Below the pieces are notes generated by a model. The model did no database searches. It saw only the letters and a program-made list of their open reading frames with translations, and was not told the DNA's origin. Made by a program: the position numbers and the translations under genes. From NCBI GenBank assembly GCA_034780895.1, contig JAUZTB010000087.1:62670514-62734513 (forward strand): a stretch of DNA of 64,000 nt, written 5' to 3'. The DNA comes from Rhynchobatus australiae. Taxonomy: Eukaryota. Shown piece after piece: positions 38,985 to 52,299 of this stretch (its first letter is position 1; every line of letters starts with the position of its first letter).

Positions 38985-39080
38985 AAAAACAATGCTTGAA
39001 ATACTCAGGACAGTCAGCATTTGCAGAGAGAGAGAGAAATTGAGTAAACATTTCAGATTAATAACCTTTCATCAGAACAG
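38985..39080 (-). mobile_element. Solo Penelope terminal repeat with intact CUGAUGA/GAAA hammerhead core
   Basis: Minus strand ctgttCTGATGAaaggttattaatctGAAAtgttt, followed by tctctctctgcaaatgctg. Confidence 0.65.
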
Positions 39081-39169
39081 TGAACTTCTCTCAGACTACC
39101 ATCCAAAAAATACTACTATTTATCAACAGAAATTGAAGGCATAGCAAACAAAAATTTACATGCATTAGA

Positions 39170-39600
39170 TGTACAAACATGTTCTTCCCAGAATCATTAA
39201 ATGACGTGAAGGTGGCTATTAAGCTCACCACGTCCAAAATATCCAGTCAGAGCTACATGTGAGAAATGGATCTAAAAATGTTTTGCTTGTAATATGGCTA
39301 TCCCATTTCTTTCTGAGACTGAGTATTCTTCCACCAGCTTTTCCCAATCACAACTTGCTACATTTAAAAAAAATTCTTACCCTACATCTTTTTTTGTCAA
39401 TCATTTAATTTTATTCCTTCTGCCACTGGAAAGAGATTTTCCATACTTATGCAACCAAAACCATTCATGATTTAGTACACCTATTAAATTTCACCATAAT
39501 TTTCTCTGCTCCTAGTTTCTCTAGGTTCCTGGTGGGTTTCAGTCTTTGTACCATTCTATTAAGTCCTCTGTGCACACACGCCTTTTCTAAGATAAAGGTT
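39170..39600 (-). mobile_element. Degraded CR1 3' fragment
   Basis: aaaccattcatgatttagtacacctattaaatttcaccataattttctctgctcc is the reverse of a CR1 ORF2 end. Confidence 0.5.
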
Positions 39601-40794
39601 TGTAATCTCTAACTTTGATCATAAAGAATGGAAGCCCTTTTTTTTAAATAAAAGAAAAATGTCTCAACATTTTCTGCCTCCTAGGCCAGACCACATCCAA
39701 CTCACAGAAACTGACTTAATGCTTTATCATCAAACCTTTCCCCGACCATCTTAAAATGGTGACTTGTGATAAGTTTCCCAGATATAACTTGTTCCAATCA
39801 TACTATTCATTTCCCAGAATCAAATCCAGCTCTGCTCCTTATCTAAATGGGGCTGGTTAGACTGAGTAAAAAAAAATTCTCTTAAACACATTTACAAACC
39901 TCTTCACCCTCTGCCTTACTTCTCCATTATAACTCCTATGTAGTTCCTGCATCTTCCTGAAATTTAACCACACCTGCAAAAATCAACTCCATTAACCAGT
40001 AAATGTCTTCGAATGAGGAAGGGACAGAATGTTTTGTGGTTGCAACACTATCAAGCGGCGATAAGAAAATACAAGGCGTGATGACTGCTCAAGTCAGAGC
40101 ATTTTGAACACAGCATCAGACCAAAACCACAGTGCAGAACTTTGGAATTAGCTTCGAAAAAAAATCAAAGTAGCCAAGAGTATCAGCCACAATATAAAAG
40201 ATATAACTAGAAGTTGTGGGGTCATATTGGCTTTAACTCATACCACGTTCTTTCGTGCTCAGCCAACAATGTACAAGCTCAAAAGACAGCAAGCCCACCA
40301 AGTGACTGCACAAATAAACTCCCAACTTTGATGTGATTTTTTTTTACAGATTTAATCGAGTATCCCTAATGATCTCTTTCATTGATTTTCCTGTAATTAT
40401 TTTTCCAGCTGCTTTTAAGACTGACCAGGCTTGACAGCTGTGCTGAAACCTCCAACATCTCATCAACATACATTGGTTAGCCATCCATGTTGTTGTTGTC
40501 CAATGGCAAGAGTGGAAGATACTCATATCTGCCCAATGCAGAAAGCAATTCCTAACATGTCCAGCAAATCTTAAGTGAACTAATTGATTTTTACACAAGA
40601 CTATAAAGCATAATATTGCTCCTCAGAGTTTGAAAGGGGATGTACATTTAACAAATTAATGGTGCAAATGAAAAGTCATTTGACGTTATCTGTCAGTATT
40701 TGAAGGACTGAAGTTTAAAAGAGCCTTGTCGTGATATTTACCGTGCATAAACTAGCTTCATTACACTAACATTTAATAATATAAAAGAAAAACA

Positions 40795-41232
40795 TACTAG
40801 AAATAGTTCAGGCGCCAGCAAGTGGAAAGAGAAACAGAATTAACAGTAATCTTTCAGGTCAATTTTTTTTTAAAAACATCAGAAACCAAATCTGTCTTAA
40901 ATTAGAGAAGGGAAAGATGGAGAAAATATAGGGAATATATTGGATAAAGATGGAAAGACAGATTGACAGAAGTGATGGTAGTGCAGGATTGTTAATCATA
41001 GTCAAAGTGCCCAGAGAAGGTATAAATGTAAAGAGATGAGGACTGAGTGGAGAGATTAAAATAAATGCTGGATCAGTGGGACACAAAAGACAGCAGCTGC
41101 TGCACATCTGTAATGAAAGAGAATGCTGGCAATACATGAAGAGAAATGAGCAAGCTACTGGTCATTAATCTTCTCTCTCCACAGATACTGCCTGACTGCT
41201 GGCTATTTCCAGCATTCTGTTTATAATTTCAT
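40795..41232. mobile_element. Older fold-back Penelope-derived element
   Basis: Left arm gtggaaagagaaacagaattaac...ttcaggtc; right arm ttctctctccacagatactgcctgactgctggctatttccagcattctgttt; purine-rich interior. Confidence 0.55.
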
Positions 41233-42530
41233 TCTATAATTTTTTTTTGCTTTTTCATCACTTCTAATGATGCCTCGATATTTTTTGTAAATGAAAACTT
41301 TCATTAAATATTGATCAATAAATGTACTGTGCTGTATTTCAGTACTACAATTTATATGCCATTTACTAAGTAAATTGCTGCATGAACTGCTTTCCCTACA
41401 AGTTCCTCGCAACCATCCTCCACAAGAGCATGTAGTACACACTTTATTTCTAGAGTATAGATGACATCCAGTTCACGATGTAGTTGATTCTTTGCTCTTC
41501 TCCTTCCAAATCTACCATCACATTGATGCAACATCTTCTGATCAACGGAGGCAAATAAATTCACATAGGTCACAACCGTATCTCAGCATAGGCTTTATTT
41601 CTTCACAATTATCGTTTAGTTATTTCCCAACTGATTATATGTAATTTTAGTAACACCAAAGAGGTTCATATATATTTTAACACAGTAAAAGCCAAGGGGT
41701 TGTAAAGAAAGTGGAAAATTGGAATAAATATTAGCAAAGTGGATGAAAGCAAATGATGGTCAATGGATTTTAGTGATTGCACAACTGCATGCACTGAGGC
41801 TCTGCAGCTGAAGTACAAGCTCACAGTTTGGACTTCAATGATTTGGACCACGAGTGATAAGTTTTCACATGATACCAAAGTTCTCAGTAGTGTTGATACT
41901 GAAAAAAATTGTAAGCTGCGGGATGAATGCATGTCCACTCATCTCATAAGGGAGCTGGGTAGGCAAAGTGAAACAAAAGGAAACCAAAAGTAGTACTGTT
42001 CAATCATGTGATTTATTGCATCTAAACCTAATCAGATGCAGGTCCACACCCAGGCAATTCAAATCTAAATTTCAGACCTCTCAGATTTTTATTTCCCTCT
42101 TTAAACTGAAGTTACTGATATCAAGCTGCAGTTTTCCTCCACCACAAACTTGGTGAAATTTAACACAAAAAGGAATGTTCAGAAAATAATCCTGCTCAGA
42201 GATTTGTGGTGGTGGTGAGAAGATAGAGGTGATAACAGTCAGGAAGAAGTCAACTGTGCCTTCACTTTTTCTTTCAAGTAGAATAAAAACATTTGGTAAA
42301 TATTGCAGCCACTATGCAATGAAAATCATTTGAAGATTATTTGAAAAGCCCTTGTAGGTTATGCATGGCAGGTCAAAAGATAAAGTTTTATAATAGGATA
42401 CTTGCAAAGCAATGACATCAGTCAATGACTTGCAGTGAATGAGTCACATTAATGTTTATTAAATTCCATTACTCCGGTCTGGGAGTTTAACCTGTTATTT
42501 TTAGGAGCAAAGCAGCTCTCCTATTTATTA

Positions 42531-43122
42531 CAGACACAAGAGACTGCAGATGCTGATATCTGGAGCAAAAAAAACTGAAGGAACTCAGCGGGTCAAACAA
42601 CGCCTGTGGAGGCAGAGGGATGATCAATGTTTCGGGCTGAGACCCTGCATCATAACTGAGTGTAAAAGGGAAGATATCCTGTACATAATGGCAACAGAGA
42701 GGTGAAACAGGGGCTGTTAAATGATAGGTACAGCCAGGTGAGTTTGGCAATGATGGGCAGAGGGGAAGAGGAGGAGGGGAAGGTAGAGAAGGTAGAGGTA
42801 GAGGCTAGAAAGTGATGTGGAACCAGAAAGGGCGGGGGGGGGGGGGGAAAGAAGAGAGAATGATGGCAGATGAAACCAGATGGAGAAGGGGATAGGAAGG
42901 GTAGGCCAAGTGAGAAGAAATCTAGGTGGATAGATGTATGGTGAGTTGGAGGAACTCAGCTGGTCAAGTAGCACCTGTGGAGGCAAAAGGATGATTGATC
43001 GTGCACCGGGACTCAAGCTGAAATGCCAACCATCCTTTTCCCTCCATGGATGCTGCTCAACCCACTGAAGTTCTTTCAGCAGTGTTTTTTGTTCCAGATT
43101 CCAGCATCTGCAGTCTTGTGTC
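42531..43122. mobile_element. Fold-back Penelope-derived element with three terminal-repeat copies
   Basis: Inverted ends agacacaagagactgcagatgctg ... cagcatctgcagtcttgtgtct; hammerhead-like motif at 42627-42653 (-); an extra arm at ~42946-43010 can pair with 43015-43080. Confidence 0.8.
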
Positions 43123-43814
43123 TTTTTCCAAAGATATAGAATACTTTAAATTGATATTTATTAAGCAAGAAAACAAAGGAGCCTTGATGCTTACAGATGT
43201 ATCCAAAGATTTTTAACTATGCTTGTAATGTAATCATGAGGGAGATCTTGCTGATTTAAGCCTGCAGTTCCAATCAGAACTGAAGTTCAGCAAACAACTT
43301 CTGCACATGCACCGTGACTGACTGAAATCCAGGTCTTAGAGAGAGATTCAGAGGGCTCTGGACTCTCCATGGATTCCAAAAGTGGGCCTCAGTCTTGCCC
43401 AGATGCCCTGTGCAATAACAGCAAAGATGAACTTAATAGCCCAGATCAAACACTTCAACAGAAAAAGTTTAACCACTATTGGGGGACTCCAGTACAATTC
43501 AATGCAAGGACAATACAATATACCCCCACATTATAGAATTCAGGTAGTGGAAATTCGCCCTTATAGAATTCACAAATCACTACCAAAAAATTTGATACAC
43601 GGAATAAAATTTGGCCTCCGGATTCATGCAAGAAAAAAGTAATGAAAAACAAAATGTGAAAGAAAAAACTAGTTTTGTTAATTTTTGTCAAGGGTTCACA
43701 ATACAGACAGACAGTCTTCTAGGAACGCAACCCCTCCATACAAGGGGATGTACTATACAAGCAGAAAGGTTGATATACTTGGATATTTTGAACTTCAACA
43801 CATATTGGCTTTTG

Positions 43815-44135
43815 GGATGGAGTGACTGTGTTCATAGAGCCACTGCCTCACAGCTCCAGCACCCCATGTTCAATTCTGACCTCAGGTGCTGTCTTTGCAG
43901 AGTTTTGCGTATTCTCTCTATGATGGCAAATGTCTCCCCCCAGTGCTCAGTTTCTTCCCATATTCCAAAGTCAGTTGGCCGCCACATATTGCCTCTAGTT
44001 GTAGCTGACTGATAAAATCTGGGTGTGGTCAATTGGAATATGGGGAAAATAAAATGAGGTTAGTGTGGGATTAGCATAACTGGGTGCCTGATGGTCAGCA
44101 TGGACTCAATGGGCCTGGCTCTATGCTGTATGATC
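43815..44135 (+). mobile_element. V-SINE (HE1-like)
   Basis: agagccactgcctcacagctccagc...gttcaattctgacctcaggtgctgtc...cagtgctcagtttcttcccatattccaaag...ctatgctgtatgat. Confidence 0.85.
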
Positions 44136-45124
44136 GATATTCCAGTAAAAAGTACAGATTCAAAGTTTTAATAATTAGTTTTCAAAAGCATAGCAGAAAG
44201 GACAAACCAATTCAAAGCTATCTGTTCAGAGAATGTAATGTATCATACACATATTTGATATATGTCAGAAAGATCATATTCTACTTGAGATCACTGATAG
44301 TTTCAAAAACAATGCTGTAGTGAAATGCAGTTTTATTCTACTAAGTGGACACTGAACTCAAAGCAAGGTCAGTTTATGACAACACAAGGAAAAACAAAGT
44401 CCATTCAATAAGGAAAGTAATTTCCCCAAAGTGTGCATCTAGGATCAAAATTTGTTTTACTTCTGAAGAAAATGTGATTACAAAAGCCAGCATGCACTGT
44501 TAATTAAAAAATGTTTTCATAAATTTATAGTTCAAAAGAAGCCAAACTGATTTAAATGAGCTTCCAATAAAATAACTACACTATCGCTTGACTGTTCAAC
44601 CTTTTGCTGCCGACATCCTAACCAGTAACATGGGGCAAAGATTTAGATTTAAAGTGATATTCTCATCTTGCCTTAATTTTCCTACAGAATTGGCGCATAA
44701 ACCAAGGAATAAAAAATATACACAAAGACAAAGCTAAGTGTTTGAAGTCCATTATACATGTGCAAGCCAACAATATTAAATCCAGAAATGGCAATTCAAC
44801 TACTGCACAGGGTAACTTCAGTCATGTATCTTGCTTTTTGATATTTCATATGGTACAACCTAAGCTTAATCCTAGTGTCTGCCATACACGCAAACCCCAT
44901 CTTTAATCCTTCAGCAAGACTGAAATACACTTTGACCTTTTCTAAAATATAACACTCAATGCAAAGAGTTAAACTGTCAGAATAACTTTCTATAATCCAA
45001 CAGCACCTTACTCGAGGAAAAAAAGCTATTTACCTATTCACTGAATGCATTATTTGCAATAGTACATTTTCTTGTCATCTATGCCAACCTAGAACCATAT
45101 TCAAATATTAGCTTACCCGTGTGG

Positions 45125-45330
45125 TCTGAAACTCATTTCTTTGTCAGATGGTCATAGATTACACTCCAGGCTTGAGCACAAAATTTAGACTGACACATCA
45201 ATGCAATTGAGGGACTCTCTGGTCAGGGTGCATATTAGATCATCAAGTTATTATCAAAGATCAGGAAGGGATTTCTACCAACATCTTAAGCAACTTTCCT
45301 CACTCAGCAAATAGCAAGAAAAAGGATAAA
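45125..45330 (+). mobile_element. Deu-domain SINE (SacSINE1-like) fragment
   Basis: cactccaggcttgagcacaaaatttagactgacac...tgcaattgaggga matches the recalled SacSINE1 5' and central region. Confidence 0.55.
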
Positions 45331-45399
45331 TATTCAGTACATCAAATGATTCAATGCAACCCCCATCATTTCACCTCTTCTCATGCCACCATCCTGGGA

Positions 45400-46135
45400 T
45401 GTAAACTATCCTTCCAATTGATGCAGCACCTCATCAGCACTCCTTCCCATCTAGTGTACTGTATTCAGTGTTCACAATAGTATCTTCTCTACATTGAGAA
45501 ACCAAATGCAGGTTGAGTGATGCTTTGAGAAGCACCCGTGTTCAGACCACAGTGGCAACAGAGTTTCCTGTTCCCTGCAACTTTTATTCTCCATTCCATT
45601 CAAACCTCTCTGTCCACAGCCTCCTACACCATTATAACAAGGCCTAACATCAGTTTCAAAAATAGCACCTCATCCTCCATCTGGCCATATTGAAACCATC
45701 TGGACACAATATTCTACAAATCCTGATAACGCACTCTCTCTGTCTGCATGTAAATCATTGTTCCATTTCTCTCCGTCCATTAGCACAGCCTGGGCACGTC
45801 CCACAGCTTTTACATTCCTTTGTATTCTCATTCTCTAACTGCACACATCTTAACTTTTGCTCATTCTCTCTTTTCCCTCAACTTTTCTCCCAGTAACCTA
45901 TCAATTGAATGACTTCTACAAATTATTCCCACGGCAACCCTTACCTCACCCTATGACTTTGCCTTTGTCCTACCCATCTGTCATTTTCTCTGAAATGTAA
46001 AACTTGTTTTCTCCCTTTCCCAGTCCTGAAGAGTCCATGGCCTGAAATGTTAACTTTCTCTTTCCACATATGCCAAGTGCTTCCAGCACTTCCTGTTTTT
46101 ATTTCAGATGTCCACTATCTGTGTTTTTTTGATTT
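45400..46135 (+). mobile_element. Penelope-like element 3' remnant: GIY-YIG endonuclease pseudo-ORF plus terminal repeat
   Basis: Translates as SFQLMQHLISTPSHLVYCIQCSQ*YLLYI/ETKCRLSD... (VYC--C---LYIGET GIY-YIG motif, disrupted) and ...HLILHL-ILKPSG-NI; hammerhead-like cagtcCTGAAGA...GAAAtgtt at 46021-46051. Confidence 0.8.
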
Positions 46136-49119
46136 CAAAAATAATTCAATGGTGTAGCTTTTTGCGATCTTCTATAAATGTTGAAGATGCCTTTTAAATG
46201 TTATGATGTTATAAACTGGGAAGGAATCCAATTCCCCCTGTTGTGGATGGCCCATAGTATCTCATGGATGCCCAGCTTTGAGCTGCTATCCATTCAGTAG
46301 AGTGCAATGTCACAAAGAGAAAGATTTTGTCCGCAAAAAGGATTGATTACATTATGGCCACCCCAACCAATAGTCATGAATGCATCCTTATTCAGTTGCA
46401 ACAGCTAGCCAATTGCTGAATGATTCTACGATAGAATTATTTCAGGAAGTATGTCACATTTGTAATGTACTTCAAACTTGCAACCAGCCTGCATCTGTAC
46501 CTTGAAATGATAGAAAAACAAATTTTCTACCAAGTAACTTATTTTTGGTAGTATGTGGCTATTTTAATTTCCTTCTGCATTTCTTGTAAAACAAAATTCA
46601 ATCCCACTTCAGCAGTTACCAGTACGATTCCCATGAAATCTTAGAAACTCAAAAGCAACATAGTTTTATGAACATGAAGATTATACAGAATCTTATTACA
46701 GCATCTTTAGCCAATGTTGCAAAATGAAAGTCAACATCACAGGCATCAGCAACATTGTTCAACTACTCAAAATTAAATAAAAACTCAAGGCTCTTGCGGG
46801 TATCAGCCTTCACATACCACTGATCATCTCCATGTTGATAAAGAAAATGGGTATATGGGAGTGACATTTTACTCATGTTTGCCTTGAGGTTAGCAAATGG
46901 ATGTAGCTAATGTTATTAATTTCAAAACCTCTAATTTAGGTAGAATTATGATGAATTAAACTCATTTTGGGATAAATGTTTTTGCCATTATCAATATAAA
47001 TGAATATTACGTACATCAGTACCTCACTTAGCATTCAGGATTTGAATCAGTTCTAAAGAGGTTATTTGTAGATAAAGAGGAGTTTTGATAGCATTGTTTC
47101 TATTTATGCAAAGAGGTATTCATTGAGGATAAAGATGGGTAATTAAAGTATTTACTAAGCAGTGAACACATAATGAGACTATACAAAATAAAATTAAGTT
47201 GTACACTGAGCTCACAAACACATTGGAGCATCACAAGTGGAAGGAGACCAAGTGGAAGGNNNNNNNNNNNNCAGTCTAGGGTTCACCTTGATAAACTGGG
47301 TCAGATTGTGACTACCATTTTGAAAATTCCAAGGTCAAGTGCCTTGCATCCTCTTCCCTTCATGGAGGGATTTCTCTGTAGCAGCTGCTACTGTCAAACA
47401 CAAACTCTTCACTGAGGGGCTATAACTCCAGTCCTACTCATTCACAGAAAACAGCTCCATTCCCTCCTCAACCTTAGTGTTGTACTTTTTCTGTATCATC
47501 AGCCTCTACATGAGCATCCCATTGCAGTTTCTCGTTCACTCGGCTGTTCTTGAGACTGCAGTAGCTCTACCACGTCACTAGAATCAACTTCATCCTGTCC
47601 TAACTGGGTGGCAAGCTGGACAGAGTCACTAGTGACTGCCAGTCCTCCCACCCCTCTAAACCCCAGACACAACTGCTGTCAAACACTGTTCTTGCGATTA
47701 CTGGCAACTCCTGTCCCAATGCACTGATGAAATCAATGGCCTCCTCAAATGTTGTATGACCTCCAGAATTCTGTTGTAGACCGCTTTTATTAATTATGTG
47801 TGAAGCTGCATCAAAAGCATTAAGCCTTGAAATTGGATATGATGATTTGGTCCATTGATTGGACAATTGCTGTGCTTGGTAGATGGTATACCACCTCCAC
47901 AGGAAAGCAGGTTGCAAGGCTATCATCGTTCTGTGAATGGCCTGGGACACTGTCAAGCACCAATAGTTACTTTCCTTGCAGTAACACTTCATGGCTGGGA
48001 AAAATTATGAAATGAACCACTGCTGGAAGGCAGAAAGTATTACTTAAGCCCTTGTTTGCCTTCCAGATTACAGACACATGCTCTTCAGAAATCCCCCTTT
48101 ATCTGCCTTGAATTTCCTGTATGGTTGATGAGCTTGGGTTTTGGCACACAGGCTCCTAAAGCATTACCCAGCAGAACAGGAGCATCAGTTGGTCTCTGTT
48201 GCCTTAAATCCAAATACAAACTTTGCTTCTCAGGATATTAAGGTGTGTTACAGCATCATTGACAAATAAAAAGTGGTATGATTTACATTGCATTTGTTTC
48301 CCCAACTCATCTTCAATGCTTGATGATGGCTTTAAGATAGTGGGGTATATCTGTGCTGCCTGCTCATTAACGCTCACAGCTTTGTCACTGTTGAAAACTT
48401 GTGCAAGTTACTCCAATAAAAGTCTGAAGAACTACCCTTGGCTGACCATGAACATTGATCTCTAACTCTCTTCCTGGGAGGTGGGTAAAGATGGCTTTCT
48501 CCCCGATCAAAAACTGGCTACAAGCACAACCTGCTCTCTATTTTCTCCAACAAACTGCTACTTGAACAAGTTAACTTGGAGCATTAAATGAATGGTGGTT
48601 TTGCTAGAAGCTATTGCCTTGCCTACATTCCTCAAAATTCTTGAATAGTTAACATTGGTGAATTGAAATCAACGACTGGCAAAATTAAACTTCAGATCTG
48701 TATCCTCCAGCAGCTCAGCAGTTAAACTTGAGATATTGTGTGCAATCCCAGAGATTAGCAAGATCCAATGTCTGATCCCTGTTGTGGTGTTCATTAGCTA
48801 CCTTGAGGCACAGAGACAACTTGACAGTCAAAGTAAAATAAAAGGGAAAGTTTCAGCTTGAATTATTATCCAGCTACTCCTTTTGGGCTCCTGATGTATA
48901 GAGTTTCAATTTAGTTTGCCTGTGAATATTGACTTGGCTGAATATTCCATCACCTGCTTCATTCCAGGTTGGTAGATGAAGCATCACAATCCAAGTGAAG
49001 CGGAGGTTGACTACCATCATCTTTGTTCATACCCATTATAACTTACCATATTAAGAAAAGAAAATGGACAAACCAAAGGAAAAGCAAGGTTGTAGAGCAG
49101 ATAGCAAGACCCAGCACAA

Positions 49120-49260
49120 TTTCATTGGAGCACCTCGACGTACAGTCCTAGGCCAAATCAACTTCAGCCAATTCATCAATGACCTTCCTTCCATCAGAAT
49201 TCAGAAATGGACATATCTGCTGATGACTTCACAATATTCATCTCTATTTGCAACTCCCAG
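49120..49260 (+). mobile_element. CR1-clade RT fragment running into a gap
   Basis: GAPRRTVLGQINFSQFINDLPS (GVPQGSVLGP..FINDLP) and ISADDFTI (FADD). Confidence 0.75.
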
Positions 49261-49854
49261 GNNNNNNNNNNNNNNNNNNNNNNNNNNNNNNNNNNNNNNN
49301 NNNNNNNNNNNNNNNNNNNNNNNNNNNNNNNNNNNNNNNNNNNNNNNNNNNNNNNNNNNNNNNNNNNNNNNNNNNNNNNNNNNNNNNNNNNNNNNNNNNN
49401 NNNNNNNNNNNNNNNNNNNNNNNNNNNNNNNNNNNNNNNNNNNNNNNNNNNNNNNNNNNNNNNNNNNNNNNNNNNNNNNNNNNNNNNNNNNNNNNNNNNN
49501 NNNNNNNNNNNNNNNNNNNNNNNNNNNNNNNNNNNNNNNNNNNNNNNNNNNNNNGAAACTGCCTCAAACTCTATTTTATCTTCTGCTCTTGGCACAGAAG
49601 CTACTACTACTCTGGAAGGTAATTAGACTGCATATTTTTAGCGCAGGAAAACAGACCATAAAGTACAGAGATGGGCAATTCTATTTTACAAGACTATATA
49701 CTATACAATGCACACCACATTGTCAAAAGTAAAGGCAATGAGTTCATTGATGACTCATTTGGCTTAGTAAACTTACATATTTTGTAACTACGTTAAGATC
49801 CACTCCAGCAGATGCATTATTAGTCTCTCAATGTAACAGACATAATCAAAAAAA

Positions 49855-50612
49855 AACACAAGAAAATAAGAGACTACCAGGTCCCTTTAAGCCTGTCCTG
49901 CCATTCAATACGATTATGGCTGATCTACGCCGGCCTCAACTCCTCTTCCTCATAACTCTCAACTCCTTGATCTTTTAAATATTTATATTTCCACTTTAAA
50001 TATTTCAACCACTGTCAGGGGCAAAGATTTCCAGTGATTCACTACCCTCAGAGAAGCACCTCAGCTTTAAATAACCAGTACCTGATTTTGCAGCTATGTC
50101 CCCACTACTGAAAACATCTTAACATCCACCCCATCATGCCCCCCTTAGAATCTTATATGTTTGAATAAGGTCACTCCTTGTTCTTTTAAACTCCAAGGAA
50201 ACCAGACCCAAATTATCTAGCCCCTCTTGATAGGACAACTTTCACATCCCAGGAATTAGCCTGGTCAATTTCCTTTCCTTTGGTCCTATGCTGCTATATC
50301 CTTGTTTTAGGTAAGGGGTCCAAAACTCTGCACAGTATTCCAGGTGGTAGCCTCACCAACACTCTGTACAACTGGAACAAAACCTCCCTATACAAAGTCT
50401 CATGCCTTCATAACAAAGAACAGCATGATGTTTGCCTGTTGGACATGCCTGCTAACTTTTAGTAATTCAGGCACCTGGATCCCTCTGAACTTCACTCATT
50501 TGCAATCTCTCTCCATTTAGTAAAAATCTGCCTTTTGATTCTCTTACCAAAGTACGCGCTATCAGTGATCTCAGACGTCCTTACATCACACTCCCTTTGC
50601 CAGATTTTTGCT
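49855..50612 (-). mobile_element. CR1 3' fragment
   Basis: agcctgtcctgccattcaatacgattatggctgatct tail; ggggtccaaaactctgcacagtattccagg (LEYC-QFW reversed). Confidence 0.8.
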
Positions 50613-50821
50613 GAAGGATGCTAACAAACATCTCCATGGAATGTCTGGCAATGCATGACAAATTGTCTCAAGCCAGCTGTCTACTTTTGACAAGCATCTG
50701 CTAACTACCCACCAATTCTCATTTCTGGCACCTGAGGCAGGTTCCTTAGTCCAACATAGACAACCTCAATCTGAAGTGGTGCAGTGCTGACTGCAACCAT
50801 CATTTGCATTCATGATCTAAA

Positions 50822-52090
50822 CTCATAGCGTCATACAGCACAGACACAGGCCCTTCAGCCCAACTGGTCCATGCCGACGAAGATGTCTATCCAAGTTAGT
50901 CCCATTTACCTGCATTTGGCCATATCCCTCTAAACCTTTCCTATGTACTNNNNNNNNNNNNNNNNNNNNNNNNNNNNNNNNNNNNNNNNNNNNNNNNNNN
51001 NNNNNNNNNNNNNNNNNNNNNNNNNNNNNNNNNNNNNNNNNNNNNNNNNAGGTTTTCCTTTGGACTGCCTCCAACACTACTATATCCTTTTTTAGGTCAG
51101 AAGACCAAAACTGATCATGGTATTCCAACATCCTGTAAAACTGCAACAAATCCTCCCTATTCTTAAACTCCAACTCATTCACAACAAAGGTTAAAATGCT
51201 GTTTGCCTTCTTAACTAATGTTGGACCCACCTGCTAACTTTTTGCGATTCATGCACTAGAACACCTCGAGTCCTTTGAACTTCATTCATTTTTCAGTCTT
51301 TCTCCATTTTGATAATAATCCACCTTTTGATTCCTCTTACCACAGAGCATGACCCCTCACTTCTCCAGATTAAATTCCATTTGCCAAGTTTTTGCCCACT
51401 CAATCTATGTTGCTTTACAGAAACATAACATCCCCATCACAAATGCACTTACACCCATCAACAAACTTAGAAACCTTACATTATATTTCCTGAGAGCCAA
51501 GAACAGTCTGCAAGGTACTTCACTAGTTACATTGCTCCAGCCTGAAAAGGGCCTATTTACTCTAACTCTGTCTACTGTGTGACAGCCAGTTTCCAATCCA
51601 TACTAACACACTTCCTCCAATAACTTGGGTTCTCAATTTATGCACAAGCCTCTTATGTGGCACCTTGTCAAACACTTTTTGGAGATCTAAATACACTACA
51701 TCTGTAGGTTCTCCTCTATCAACTCACTCTGGTCCTCAAAAATGATCAAGTGTGTCAAACATGACTTGCCTTTCAGAAAACCATGTTGACTAGATTTGAT
51801 TAGATTTAACTTTCCTAAATGATTAGTCATTTCCCAATTACTGACTCAGCATCTTGCCTGCTCATCGGATACTAAACTGACTGGCCTATAGTTCCCAGTC
51901 TTCTGTCTTCCTCCCTTTCTGGCTGTTTTCCAATCTGCTGGTAACCTCTCAGAAGTTAGCAAATTTTGAAAATTTTTCACACAATAGATCCACTTTCTCT
52001 GCAGCCACTTCCTTTAAAACCCTTGGGTGGAAGCCATCAGGTCCTGGCGATTTGTCCACCTTCAGCCACAAAAGTTTCTCTAACACTTAG
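50822..52090 (-). mobile_element. CR1 ORF2 and 3' fragments (composite across a gap)
   Basis: ORF 50823-51230: VKKANSILTFV...LEFKNREDLLQFYRMLEYHDQFWS...LEAVQRK; ORF 51405: RVRVNRPFSGWSNVTSEVP. Confidence 0.85.
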
Positions 52091-52299
52091 CACAACAGGA
52101 ATCTCAATAGCTCCAGTGAATTCAGGGCCCCAATAGACAACTGATTACAATGCAGCACTGAAAAGTAACCTGGTTCAGTCACAGGATGGCTAACTTAATG
52201 ACAAATATGTCACTGGAATAAAGGCTACATTGGATCCTTGCCAAATTGTTGATAGCATGCACTCAAAGCTCAAAATGCAATGCTTCTATCACTTTTACA

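Noticed and set aside
49064-49732. Long ORFs running through N-runs (also at 20496, 22562, 36545, 57794)
   Set aside because: Their length is an artefact of untranslatable N gaps.
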